A DNA stretch of 64,000 nucleotides from Octopus vulgaris (lineage: Eukaryota). The stretch covers positions 29,202,001 to 29,266,000 of the forward strand of contig OX597836.1 in the NCBI GenBank assembly GCA_951406725.2, read 5' to 3'. The notes beneath the pieces are model-generated. The model was not told where the DNA came from, ran no database searches, and was given only the letters and a program-made list of their open reading frames with translations. Numbering within the stretch: position 1 is the stretch's first letter; each line of letters starts with the position of its first letter. This document shows positions 12,050 to 22,439 of this stretch, one piece after another. Position numbers and translations under genes: made by a program.

Positions 12050-13270
12050 CAATGTCATAATTACAGATATTGCCTCATAACTTCCAGCAAAATGGATATT
12101 TTGTAACGAAATTTTCAACGCTTAGATCCTGTAGATTGAGTGTACGTAAAGATTTGTTGGAAAAAATTTGGTTAATGTTTACATCTAACCAAAATGGTAA
12201 ATTTTTCCGAGGGGTTGGGGAGAGGATTTTCGGAAAATTCACACGACCCGACATTTTCCCTCTCATACTTTTCAAGAAAATGGGTATTTTTTAATGAAAT
12301 TTTATAGAAATACTGGCATAACTACAGATATATACCCCACCCTGACTTTATTGCCTCATAACTTTCAGAAAAATGGATACTTTTTAACGAAACTTTCAAC
12401 AAATAATCGCTTACAATCTATAGATTGAGTATATGTAAAGATTTGTTGGAAAAGTTTTTCCGAGGGTTGGGAAGAGGAGTTTCGGAAAATTCTTTGTAGT
12501 CGTAATCCACACCGTTTGAAAGGTATTTGTATAAAATTTCGTGGCTAATGCAGATTCGCACTTCACCTTGAAAAATGCATTTTTCTGAAAAACTTTAAAA
12601 CCATTTTCCTGAAAGTTATGAGCGGGAAAATGTCGGGTCGTGTGTATTTTCCGGAAAATCTCTCCCAACTCCTCCGAAAACTCTTTCAACAAATCTTTAA
12701 ATACATTCAATTTAAGCGATTATTTGTTGAATGTTTCGTTAAAAAGTATCCATTTTTCTGGAAGTTATGAGGTAAGAAGGTCGGCGGGTGGGTATACATC
12801 TGTAGTTATGCCACTTGAAGTCCAGGCCTGCATGGGTGCAGCACACGAGTGTGTCCCATTTGGAATGTTATCTCTCTTGTGAAAACGAAACCCCAAAAAT
12901 TGCTTGTCGAAGAGCAAACACAAAAATTATTGGCTGAAGCTAACCAATAAAAACTCAAGGCGTAATTTTATCAGTCATAAATTGAGCTACGTGATAAAAG
13001 TAATTTCAAGTGAGAACGAAATCTAGGGCATAAAGTTATGAGGGGGAAAATAACGGGTCGTGTGAATTTTCTAGAAATCTTCTCTCCAACTCGTCGCAAA
13101 AATTTTTTGCAACAAATTTTTACATACATTCAATCTACAGGAAGTAAGCGATTATTTATTGAAAATTTCGTTATAAAGTCAGGTGGGGGTATACAGCTGT
13201 AATTATACCACTTCAACTTCGGGCCTGTATAGGTGTGTGCGCGTATTCTCTCTTTGGAATGTTCTCTATG
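12050..13270. repeat. Cluster of direct and inverted copies of a foldback repeat family in FABP intron 1
   Basis: Recurring cataacttccagaaaaatggata...gaaattttc units and their reverse complements; relatives at about 6500-6600, 25620-25700, 27040-27410, 30240-30370 and 62690-63050. Confidence 0.6.
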
Positions 13271-13373
13271 CTTCTACAGAACTTTAAATTACAGCCAGAC
13301 TTGTAGCAGGATAATTTTATATGAGTAATTACACACAGATGTTGGGCGAAGGTAAAGAATATGCACACAGGGT

Positions 13374-13682
13374 GTTTAGGGTTTAGGGTTTAGGGTTAGG
13401 GTTTAGGGTTAGGATTTAGGGTTTAGGGCTTGGGTTTAGGGCTAGGGTTTAGGGTTAGGGTTAGGTTTTAATGTTTAGGGTTAGGATTTAGAGTTAGGGT
13501 TTAGGGTTAGGGTTAGGATTTAGGGTTTAGGGCTTGGGTTTAGGGTTAGGGTTTAGGGTTAGGATTTAGGGTTAGGGTTTAGGGTTTAGGGTTAGGATTT
13601 AGGTTTAGGGTTTAGGGTTTAGGGCTAGGATTTAGGGTTTAGGGCTTGGGTTTAGGGTTAGGATTTATGGTTTAGGGTTAGG
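13374..13682 (+). repeat. Interstitial telomere-like array (TTAGGG/TTTAGGG mix)
   Basis: About 310 bp of directly visible ttaggg, tttaggg and ttagga units. Confidence 0.95.
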
Positions 13683-14545
13683 AAAGGAACGCTGCAATGG
13701 GTGTGTGAATCTAAGACGGGAATATGTTGAATAAAATCGTAATTAACTGATCCCCTTTATTTTCTTTTACCCAAAACCAGGAACTTTTTAGCACGCCCCC
13801 AAATATTAGTGGAGTAGTATGAGGAGAGAGGGCTCAAGAAATACAGAAATGTAAGGGAGAGACATCATGTGGAAATGTGTTATATATATGTATTTCTTTA
13901 CTACCCACAAGGGGCTACACACAGAGGGGACAAACAAGGACAGACAAACGGATTAAGTCGATTATATCGACACCAATGCGTAACTGGTACTTAATTTATC
14001 GACCCCGAGAGGATGAAAGGCTAAGTCGACCTCGGAAAGTGTTATATATATGGATTCGTGAAGGGGAGGGAATAAACTTTTTTTATGATAAAGAGAGCGC
14101 GAAGTGGCGAAAGGAGAGAAAGAGAGGGTTACAGAGAGACAAGAGTTGAAACTGAATTTAAACTTAGGTCAATTTTTAGGCAGAGGTGGCATAACTGAAT
14201 TTAGACACACTGAATGAATAAAAACGAGAGATAACTAAGTTATTTTTCAGTCAAAATGTACAAATACCGTAACGACAGATTTTTAAAGCAAGACTATTTG
14301 AAATAGGCGGAAGACAATTTGTAGACAGAAGTAATTGCATGTCGCTTAAGGAAATGGAGAGAGCGAGGGGAGAAGGAGGAAGAGTGAGTGAAAGAAACAG
14401 ACATACAACGAAAGAGAGGAACAATGACAGATAGTGAGAGTGGAGAAAAGGAAAGAGGAGAAATAAAGAAACAGTGAGAGAAAAGGGAGCGATTCGGATG
14501 AAAATTGTAGAAGTCAGAGGGAGAGGATCGGTCGAAAAATGAGAT

Positions 14546-14958
14546 GGCGATCTTTCGTCTCTAGTAGACCTTTCCGTCGATTTCCGTAAAAATTTTTTTT
14601 TTTTTACATATGGGCTTGCGGGAACTTTTGAAGTAATATACATACATATACACATACACCGAGTAAAAAATTTCAGTTATCTCTTTCTTTCACACATTAC
14701 TCTGTCTCTTCACACACACTAACAGAAGCACTTCACTTACACAACATACTGTCTGTCTCCCACACCCCATCAAACACATACATATACATCAATGCTTGCC
14801 ATGCACGGTAACTTCAAAAGAACTTCCCTCGTCATACAATCGCTTTCTCTTAGTCTCTTTCGCTCTCATTACTTCAAAAGTTCCCGCAAGCCCATATGTA
14901 AAAAAAAAAATTTTTTACGGAAATCGACGGAAAGGTGTACTAGAGACGAAAGATTGCC
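14546..14958. mobile_element. GGC-terminated MITE (Merlin-like), TIRs about 90 bp
   Basis: ggcgatctttcgtctctagtagacctttcc...ggaaaggtgtactagagacgaaagattgcc; 8-bp TSD aatgagat; the empty site is visible in the paralogous repeat at about 6320-6345. Confidence 0.9.
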
Positions 14959-15664
14959 AATGAGATTGAAAACAAAGATATTGACGCACGACAAAATTGA
15001 AATACTGTGAATTCAATTTTTAGACAGATGTGGCGAAACTGAATTTAAACATTCTGGGTGAACGAAAATGGAAAAAAAAAACTAAATTAATTTTCAGTGA
15101 GAACGTAGAAAGACTAACAAAAGAGATTTTTATGCACGACTAATAGAAATACACGGAAGCCAATGTGTAGACAGAAGTTATTGTATGTCAGATAAAAAGA
15201 GAGAGAGAGACAGAGAGAGAGAGGGGAGAGGATCGGATGAAAACTGCAGGAGTCAAAGGGAGAGAATCGGTTGAAAATTGCAGTTTTTAGAGAAAAATTC
15301 GTGTGGAATACGTTTTTGTCGCCCTTTCTCGCTTCACACCTGAGCTCTGGACAAAATGTTATGGTGCAAGACATAGATTTTTAACGCAAGAAAGTTACTT
15401 TCCAGTGAGAACGTAGAAAGGCCGTAACAAAAGAGATTTTCATGCACGACTAATAGAAATACACGGAAGCCAATGTGTATACAGAAGTTATTGTGTGTCA
15501 GTTAAAAATAGAGAGAGAGAGAGGGAGAGAGAAATAGAGACTTTAAGAGAGGAGCTATTACTGAGGAGCAGAGTGAGAAGAAGAAAGAGAAGAGATAAAT
15601 AATCAGAGAGAGAGAGAGGGGGGAAGAATCCCTGAATCTCTGAGCCAGAGTCAGGGCGAGGTGA

Positions 15665-15894
15665 AAGGGAGCTGGCAGAAACGGTAGCACGTCGGGCGAA
15701 ATGCTAAGCGGTATTTCGTCTGTCGTTACGTTGTGAGTTCAAATTCCGCCGAGGTCGACTTTGCCTTTCATCCTTTCGGGGTCGATTAAATAAGTACCAG
15801 TTACGCACTGGGGTCGATGTAATCGACTTAATCCGTTCGTCTGTCCTTGTTTGTCCCCTCTATGTTTAGCCCCTTGTGGGTCGTAAAGAAATAG
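15665..15894 (+). mobile_element. tRNA-derived SINE family B (Meta/Sauria-like central domain)
   Basis: gagctggcagaa..gagttcaaattccgccgaggtcgactttgcctttcatcctttcggggtcgat. Other copies at about 350-600, 1703-1934, 13892-14036, 21080-21392, 38080-38320, 53400-53560 and 60700-61240. The domain name is from memory. Confidence 0.8.
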
Positions 15895-16978
15895 GTGTGA
15901 TGAATTGATCAAACCAGCAACCCACAAAACTTGCTTGATGAGAAGGGTGGTTTGGACCCCAGTACTTGTATTTTTTAAAACCTCATACTTATTCTGTTTG
16001 TCTCATTTGCTAAGCTACTGAGTTACAGGGACATAAACAAACCAACATTGGTTGTAGAGTAGTGGGGGAAGACACACACACACACATAGTTACATACATA
16101 TAAAACTGGCTTCATTCAGTTTCCATCTACGAAATCCACTCACAAGGCTTTGGTTGGCCTAGGGCCATGGTAGAAGACACTTGTCCAAGGTGTTACACAG
16201 TGGGACTGAACCCAGAACTATTTGCACTGAAGGGCATCTTTTCAATGTAAAGGTTTTTCAGGTCTTGTAGGTTGGCTATTTGTCCTTCAGTGTCTGTGAC
16301 AGAGCAATCAACTTTGAAATAGCTCGTGTGGGTTAAATCTACAAGTGTGGCTGTGTGGTGAGAAGTTTGTTTCCCAACCACAAGAGTTCCAGGATTAGTA
16401 CCAATATGTAACCAACAGTAAGAATTTCTCTCCATGACAAAAATACACTGTGAATGGCTTCCCTATGGTTTTGAATATTGCCTCAAGCAGATCTGAATTA
16501 GTAACAAGTTTGTATTTTATACACATCACTGGCTTAGCACTGTCACACTGTATCTCATTGACAGCAAGCTGCTGAATAGCACAACCAGTCACTGAACGAT
16601 GATGAGACTATCATGAGAAGGAATTGTCTCTCATGTCAGTTCACAGCATCTCCCTTTCCAGTCTCCATGGCTGGAAAGGAGATAACCACTCCAAAATGTA
16701 TGCTACTGCAGTCTGGTTAGGTGACACTGTCAGCTGTATTTGCCAACAGAGAGAAATTTTCTCCATCACAAAATACACTGTGAACTGACTTGATGTATTT
16801 ATATCCATTTGCCTACAGTGAGAATTTTTCTCCATGACAAAATTGTACTTCCAAAATTGTACTTCTAAGTTCATTTATCAGCTTCTTAATCTATTTATCT
16901 TTTTGTCCCTTTTTTTTCTTTCACTTTTTATTAATTTCATTGCTTTTCCTTTACATGAAATTTTGTCATGTTTTACAG

Positions 16979-17160
16979 GGGTTCCGGAAGAAATAGCAGA
17001 TAAAATTATAAAATATACAGCAGTTTATGAAACAGTAAAAGATGGTGATCTGATTAAAATGGTTTCAAGTTACTTGGAAGATCCCAATTTAAATAAGACG
17101 TATAATTTTAAGCTGAATGAAACTTTCACTGATACAGATAACTTTGGACAAAAATTTACT
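16979..17160 (+). CDS. FABP/iLBP-family protein, exon 2 (GVPEEIADKIIKY...FKLNETFTDTDNFGQKFT)
   Basis: Polypyrimidine tract with ttttacag| acceptor and |gtgagt donor; 182 nt, phase 1 to 0; FKLNETF matches the FABP FKLGEEF motif. Confidence 0.9.
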
Positions 17161-17299
17161 GTGAGTTAATTTCTTAATTTTTTTGGTACCTTATATTATT
17201 TTCTTCCTTTTTATTTATTCCTCTCATGCACACGAATGTAAACTTCCTTATAAAACAACTGCAGGAGAATTACTTAGCTGAGAGGAAACCATTTTAATG

Positions 17300-17590
17300 A
17301 CCCCTGAGGAAACTATGAATGGATTGTGAGGGCTGTACAAGCTATGTACAAATATGCAGTAAATAAAGTGAGACTCACTAACAAATTCAGTGATGGATTT
17401 ATCATGAAGGTAGGTGTCCATCAAGACCGAGTCATCTATTCATCAGTCATAGAGGCCATCACAGAGGGGTTTAAAACTGGCTGTCCATGGGAATTCCTGT
17501 AGTTCTCATAGCTAAATCTATAATGGAATTAGAGAGGAAATTCCAGGCATGGAAACTAAACCTGAACTCAAAAGTCTTCAAGGTAGATGA
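17300..17590 (+). mobile_element. Short decayed RTE RT fragment in FABP intron 2
   Basis: Colinear with 23560-23830 (agggctgtacaagctatgtac...gtaggtgtccatcaag...ggctgtccatgggaa). Confidence 0.6.
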
Positions 17591-18502
17591 GGTACATGGT
17601 TACCTAGCCAGAGAGAGAGAGAGAGAGAAAGGAAAGGATTGATCAAGAAAGAAGACAGAAACAGCTGTGCTGCTATAAGGGAGATATATGGCTACCCAAC
17701 CTGAGTGAAGAGCAAGAGAAAGAGAAAAAGAGAGAGAGAGAGAGAGAGTTGGAGGCAGCAAGATTGCAAGAGAGAGTAGGAGAGAGATGGCGGCAAAGTG
17801 CTAGGGTATACTCACAAGGAACAGGGATCAGAATATAAATGGTATGGTAGAATAAATGAAGAGAGAGATAGATAGTGGGCAAGTGTCAGGGCATAGCCTC
17901 ATGGTACAGAGGTCATAATATAAGTGACAGGGTATTGCCAAAGAAGCTTAAGGGCTGGCCCTTCACCCTGTTTCCTCCTGAAGCCATCCTACCACCCATT
18001 ATTTCTCTATCACTGACCCCCACCTCTATTACCAGCCTAACTGCAGTATTCTGCTGTTGTGATTAAACGTGAGCTGAACTGCATACTTCAAAAACTTTCC
18101 ACTGACATTACTTACCATATATCACTACCTCAAATACTTTCACTTGATGTGCCATCCTTCATTCTTAATATTGTCTTTCTCTCTACACACACACGATTTC
18201 TTTCTGAAGGTGATTGCTTGGTGGAATTGTTAGGATGCCATTCAAAATGCTTTGTTGCATTTCTTTTGACTCTTTACACTCTAAGTTCAAATTGCACCGA
18301 TGTCAACTTTTCCTTTTGTCCCTTTAGAACGAATAAAATAACATACCAGTCAGACACTGGGGCCAACGGTATCTCCCACCAATTTCAGGTTTTGTACTTC
18401 TATATGATGCTCTTAATTACCATTTCCATTTCCCCCCCTCCAATTTCCCTACAGAAAGTATTGTTTCCTCAATTATTAATATTCTGTCGTTGTATTTTCT
18501 AG

Positions 18503-18610
18503 GTGTTTTGTGAAATTAAAAATGGCAAATGGTACGATAAATGTAGTGGTTACTATAATGACGCAACGATTGAGAGTGTCCAAGAAGTTGTTGGAGATAC
18601 ATTGATAGTG
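18503..18610 (+). CDS. FABP/iLBP-family protein, exon 3 (VFCEIKNGKW...ESVQEVVGDTLIV)
   Basis: ttttctag| acceptor and |gtgagt donor; 108 nt, phase 0 to 0; QEVVGDTL resembles FABP REIxGDxL. Confidence 0.9.
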
Positions 18611-18786
18611 GTGAGTATTTTTACCTCTTTTCTATTATTTGTTTCATTGGACTGTGGCCATGCTGGAGCTGTGTCTGGAAAGGTTTCATTTGAATGAATC
18701 AACCCCAATGTTTTCTTTTTAACTCTTTAGCATTTAAACCAGTCATATCCAGCCCAAATATTCTATTTGTTTTATGTTCACATATA

Positions 18787-19198
18787 GGCGCAGGAGTGGC
18801 TGTGTGGTAAGTAGCTTGCTAACCAACCACATGGTTCTGGGTTCAGTCCCACTGCATGGCAACTTGGGCAAGTGTCTTCTGCTATAGCCCCGGGCCGACC
18901 AATGCCTTGTGAGTGGATTTGGTAGACGGAAACTGAAAGAAGCCTGTCGTATATATGTATATATGTATATATATATATATGTGTGTGTGTTTGTGTTTGT
19001 CCCCCTAGCATTGCTTGACAACCGATGCTGGTGTGTTTACGTCCCCGTCACTTAGCGGTTCGGCAAAAGAGACCGATAGAATAAGTACTGGGCTTAAAAA
19101 GAATAAGTCCTGGGATCGATTTGCTCGACTAAAGGCAGTGCTCCAGCATGGCCGCAGTCAAATGACTGAAACAAGTAAAAGAGTAAAGAGTAAAGAGT
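18787..19198 (+). mobile_element. SINE family A, inserted in a piggyBac-type MITE (about 18720-19383)
   Basis: Full head-to-tail match to 6916-7391; the flanks join into the MITE family seen at 35940-36384. Confidence 0.85.
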
Positions 19199-19558
19199 AT
19201 GTCTACTTGTTTTATGTCCAAACTGTTAAGATCTGGCCTCTCACATCTGCCCTAGAAAGTCATTCTAAAGATAAGCAATCATTTCAGTGAAATCTTGAAA
19301 CTATGAGATAATGCACGACTATTCGAAAGAACATGAATATATATAAGCATTACATTTGAAAGATTAATCTGAATAAGGTTAAATAATGGGTACGAAAATT
19401 ACATACAAATGTAGCAATCTAACATCTATTCTCAGTTTAGACTGTTTTACTTCTGTGGTTTTGCTTGGGAGTTTAATGAAATAAGCACGATCTTAAATTT
19501 CCATGTTCTTTTAATTAATGATTGTGTTTTTATGTAAAAAAAAAAGCATATTTTGTCT

Positions 19559-19721
19559 GCCACAGGAGTGGCTGTGTGGTAAGTAGCTTGCCTACCAACC
19601 ACATGGTTCTGGGTTCAGTCCCACTGCGTGGCATCTTGGGCAAGTGTCTTCTGCTATAGCCTCGGGCCGACCAATGCCTTGTGAGTGGATTTGGTAGACG
19701 GAAACTGAAAGAAGCCTGTCG

Positions 19722-19758
<37 letters not shown>

Positions 19759-19962
19759 CTGTGTTTGTCCCCATAGCATTGCTTGACAACCGATGCTGGT
19801 GTGTTTACGTTCCTGACACTTAGCGGTTCGGCAAAAGAGACCAATAGAATAAGTACTGGGCTTACAAAGAATAAGTCCCGGGGTCGACTTGCTCGACTAA
19901 AGGCGGTGCTCCAGCATGGCCGTAGTCAAATGACTGAAACAAGTAAAAGAGAGTAAAAGAGT
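19559..19962 (+). mobile_element. SINE family A
   Basis: Near-identical to 18787-19198. Confidence 0.85.
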
Positions 19963-20067
19963 ATATATTTGTGTGTGTGTGTGTGTGCATGCACGCGTAA
20001 AATTTTGTATATGAAATATGTAAAAGAAAATAGATGTATTCCAATTTTAATTTTCTTTTATTTACAG

Positions 20068-20124
20068 AAAACAACTTGTGATGGAACATCAATGGTAACA
20101 AAATTCAAAAAGCAATCAGGATGA
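20068..20124 (+). CDS. FABP/iLBP-family protein, exon 4 (KTTCDGTSMVTKFKKQSG*)
   Basis: ttttatttacag| acceptor and in-frame TGA; the spliced total is 140 aa, typical for iLBPs; AATAAA at about 20445. Confidence 0.85.
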   Translation, partial: KTTCDGTSMVTKFKKQSG

Positions 20125-20167
20125 ACAAGAAAATGAAGTTGGAAAACATGCACTTGTGAACATCAAC

Positions 20168-20208
<41 letters not shown>

Positions 20209-21499
20209 TATAATAATTAATAATAATAATAATAGGTATTTTTAACTAGAGGGTTGTGTAAATTAACCCAAATATTTTGCTGATACATATTGTAATAATC
20301 CAGAAAACTGGAAGACAAAATCAGATTTGGCTGGATTTAAATTGGAAAGAGAGAATAATGGAATTAAATACTGTAAAACCATTTTGTTAGCTGTTCTGTT
20401 GATTCTAACAACAACAATAACAATTTTAATATTAAGTCTTCTTAAATAAAAAAAAACCCCAATTAAATGGTTAATTATATGGACTTTTCTTTATTTTCTT
20501 TATATTATTTTAACTTTTCTTCTTGTTTGCTGACTAGAATGGTATTTATAAATTTCTTTTATTTTAATTGTTAATGGATAGAAGTTCTCTTACTCATTAA
20601 ACTCTTCCGTGTTCCTATCCATCCCAGTCTATGTAAACATTGTACAGGATCTCCCATCCCAAAATCACTGATTCTTCCAACTACCAAACCTCTGTCACCT
20701 TCACTTATAACATCCTATTAATACAATAGAGATGGTCATGAACAACTTTCTCCTTCAATATTTTATATAACATAAAGAGACAATTGTAGCTGTTGTTTAA
20801 CCCTAGGAAACATAGTTACCAACTGGCTATATGCCACAATATCTGTCCCCTTGTATTTTCGAATGAGTCCAGCTCCCCCATTTGAAAATATAAAGACAGA
20901 TATTGTGTCATATAGCCAACTGGAAGCGATGTTTCTTGGGTTTAAATAATAGTAACAATCGTCCCTTCAAGGACAGCCACATTATGTTTGCAAATAGTCT
21001 TCACTTTAAAGGACTGTTACTGAATATCTCTCTTTGAGAGATTTAGAAATAATAATGTTTCTATTTATCTTATATACTTTTCTAATCTAGGCCTGAAATT
21101 TTGGAGAAGGCGACTAGTTGATTAGCCCCCCCCCCTCCAGTACGCAACTGGTACTTAATTTATGACCTCGGCCGAATTCAAACTCAGAACATAAAGTCAG
21201 ACGAAATACCTATTTCTTTACTGCCCACAAGGGGCTACACACAGAGGGGACAAACAAGGACAGACAAACGGATTAAGACGATTATATTGACCCCAGTGCG
21301 TAACTGGTACTTACTTAATCGACCCTAAAAGGATGAAATACTGCTAAGCATTTTGCCCGGTGTGCTAACGTTTCTGCCAGCTCGCTGCCTCTTCTATTTA
21401 TCTGATATAACCTCTCTCTCTCTTTGTCAGTCTTCAGTTTCCATTAGCATCCAATCTACCAAAGACTTTCTCCTCTACATCATACTGCAGTGGTTTCTG

Positions 21500-21810
21500 T
21501 CAAGTAGGATGGAATTGCAGACTGGTTCAGGTGCTTGGGCCTTGCGTGAAAAAATCTCTTCCTGAACTCCCTCAAAACCTCCACAAAGTACTCTGTTGAC
21601 TGTCACGCCTGAGGGAACCCAGTGGATCGTTAACTTCCCAGTAAACTTACACAGCCTGGTCTCTTGTACCACTGAAAGACAGATGCTCATACTCATAGAA
21701 GCTAATCCATAGGCAGTTTGGAGCATTTCATAAGTTTCTGTGGCATTTTCGCCCAGTTTAACACAAAACTTTTTTTCCATTATGAGCTTCCATATTGTCT
21801 TCACATTCTG
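21500..21810 (-). pseudogene. Internally deleted mariner transposase relic
   Basis: FCVKLGENATETYEMLQTAYG (HTH) fused to VPSGVTVN (catalytic-domain segment). Confidence 0.75.
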
Positions 21811-21959
21811 AAGACTGCATTCTGAAACTCAAAGTATTCAACTGTAACAAGAAACGTTTAGCAGCATGGATTCAAAGTACTGCTATTGTTGTCTCCCACG
21901 ATCTGGAATAACAAAAGCTGGATTGTCAGCTTATTAGATGTATAGTAATAATATATTAA

Positions 21960-22258
21960 GATTACAATAATGTAGAACAACTGTAACTGCGTTCGTTAGG
22001 GTGCAACATGAGTGTAAAAGGGCATTTCCTATGCAGTCATTTGGACTACTTCCCTAAAAATCATAGTGCAATTTTGTCTTTCATCATGTCAAGATTGAAA
22101 AGCAAATATACTTAGGTCAATTTTGTCGACTGTAAATTTTCCGTCCAAAGCTTGTCTTTGAGCCAAATAAGAAGAAAATCACTCAATTTTTTTTAATATA
22201 GTAAATCTCTTTTAATTATCTATAGAAATTGATTGAAATATTTTTTGCGAGATCAGTG
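21960..22258 (+). pseudogene. Chapaev3-like DNA transposase relic
   Basis: 21996-22070 reads LGCNMSVKGHFLCSHLDYFPKN, matching the LGCNMSxKxHFLHSHLDFFP motif; the family assignment is from memory. Confidence 0.55.
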
Positions 22259-22439
22259 GTAGGAATTATCTCCCTTACATCCAGCATTCTTTTATTTTAA
22301 CAGGAGCAGAAAAGCCATAACAATTAGGCACTTAGAATAATTCTTTCTAATTTTTGGCACAAAGCCAGCAATTTTTGAGGGAATAGGGAAGTCGATTACA
22401 TTGATCCCATTGCTGAACCAGTACATATTATATTGACTC

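Noticed and set aside
13374-13682. Plant contamination or a true chromosome end
   Set aside because: The array is embedded in an intron between in-phase exons and flanked by the same repeat families as the rest of the window.
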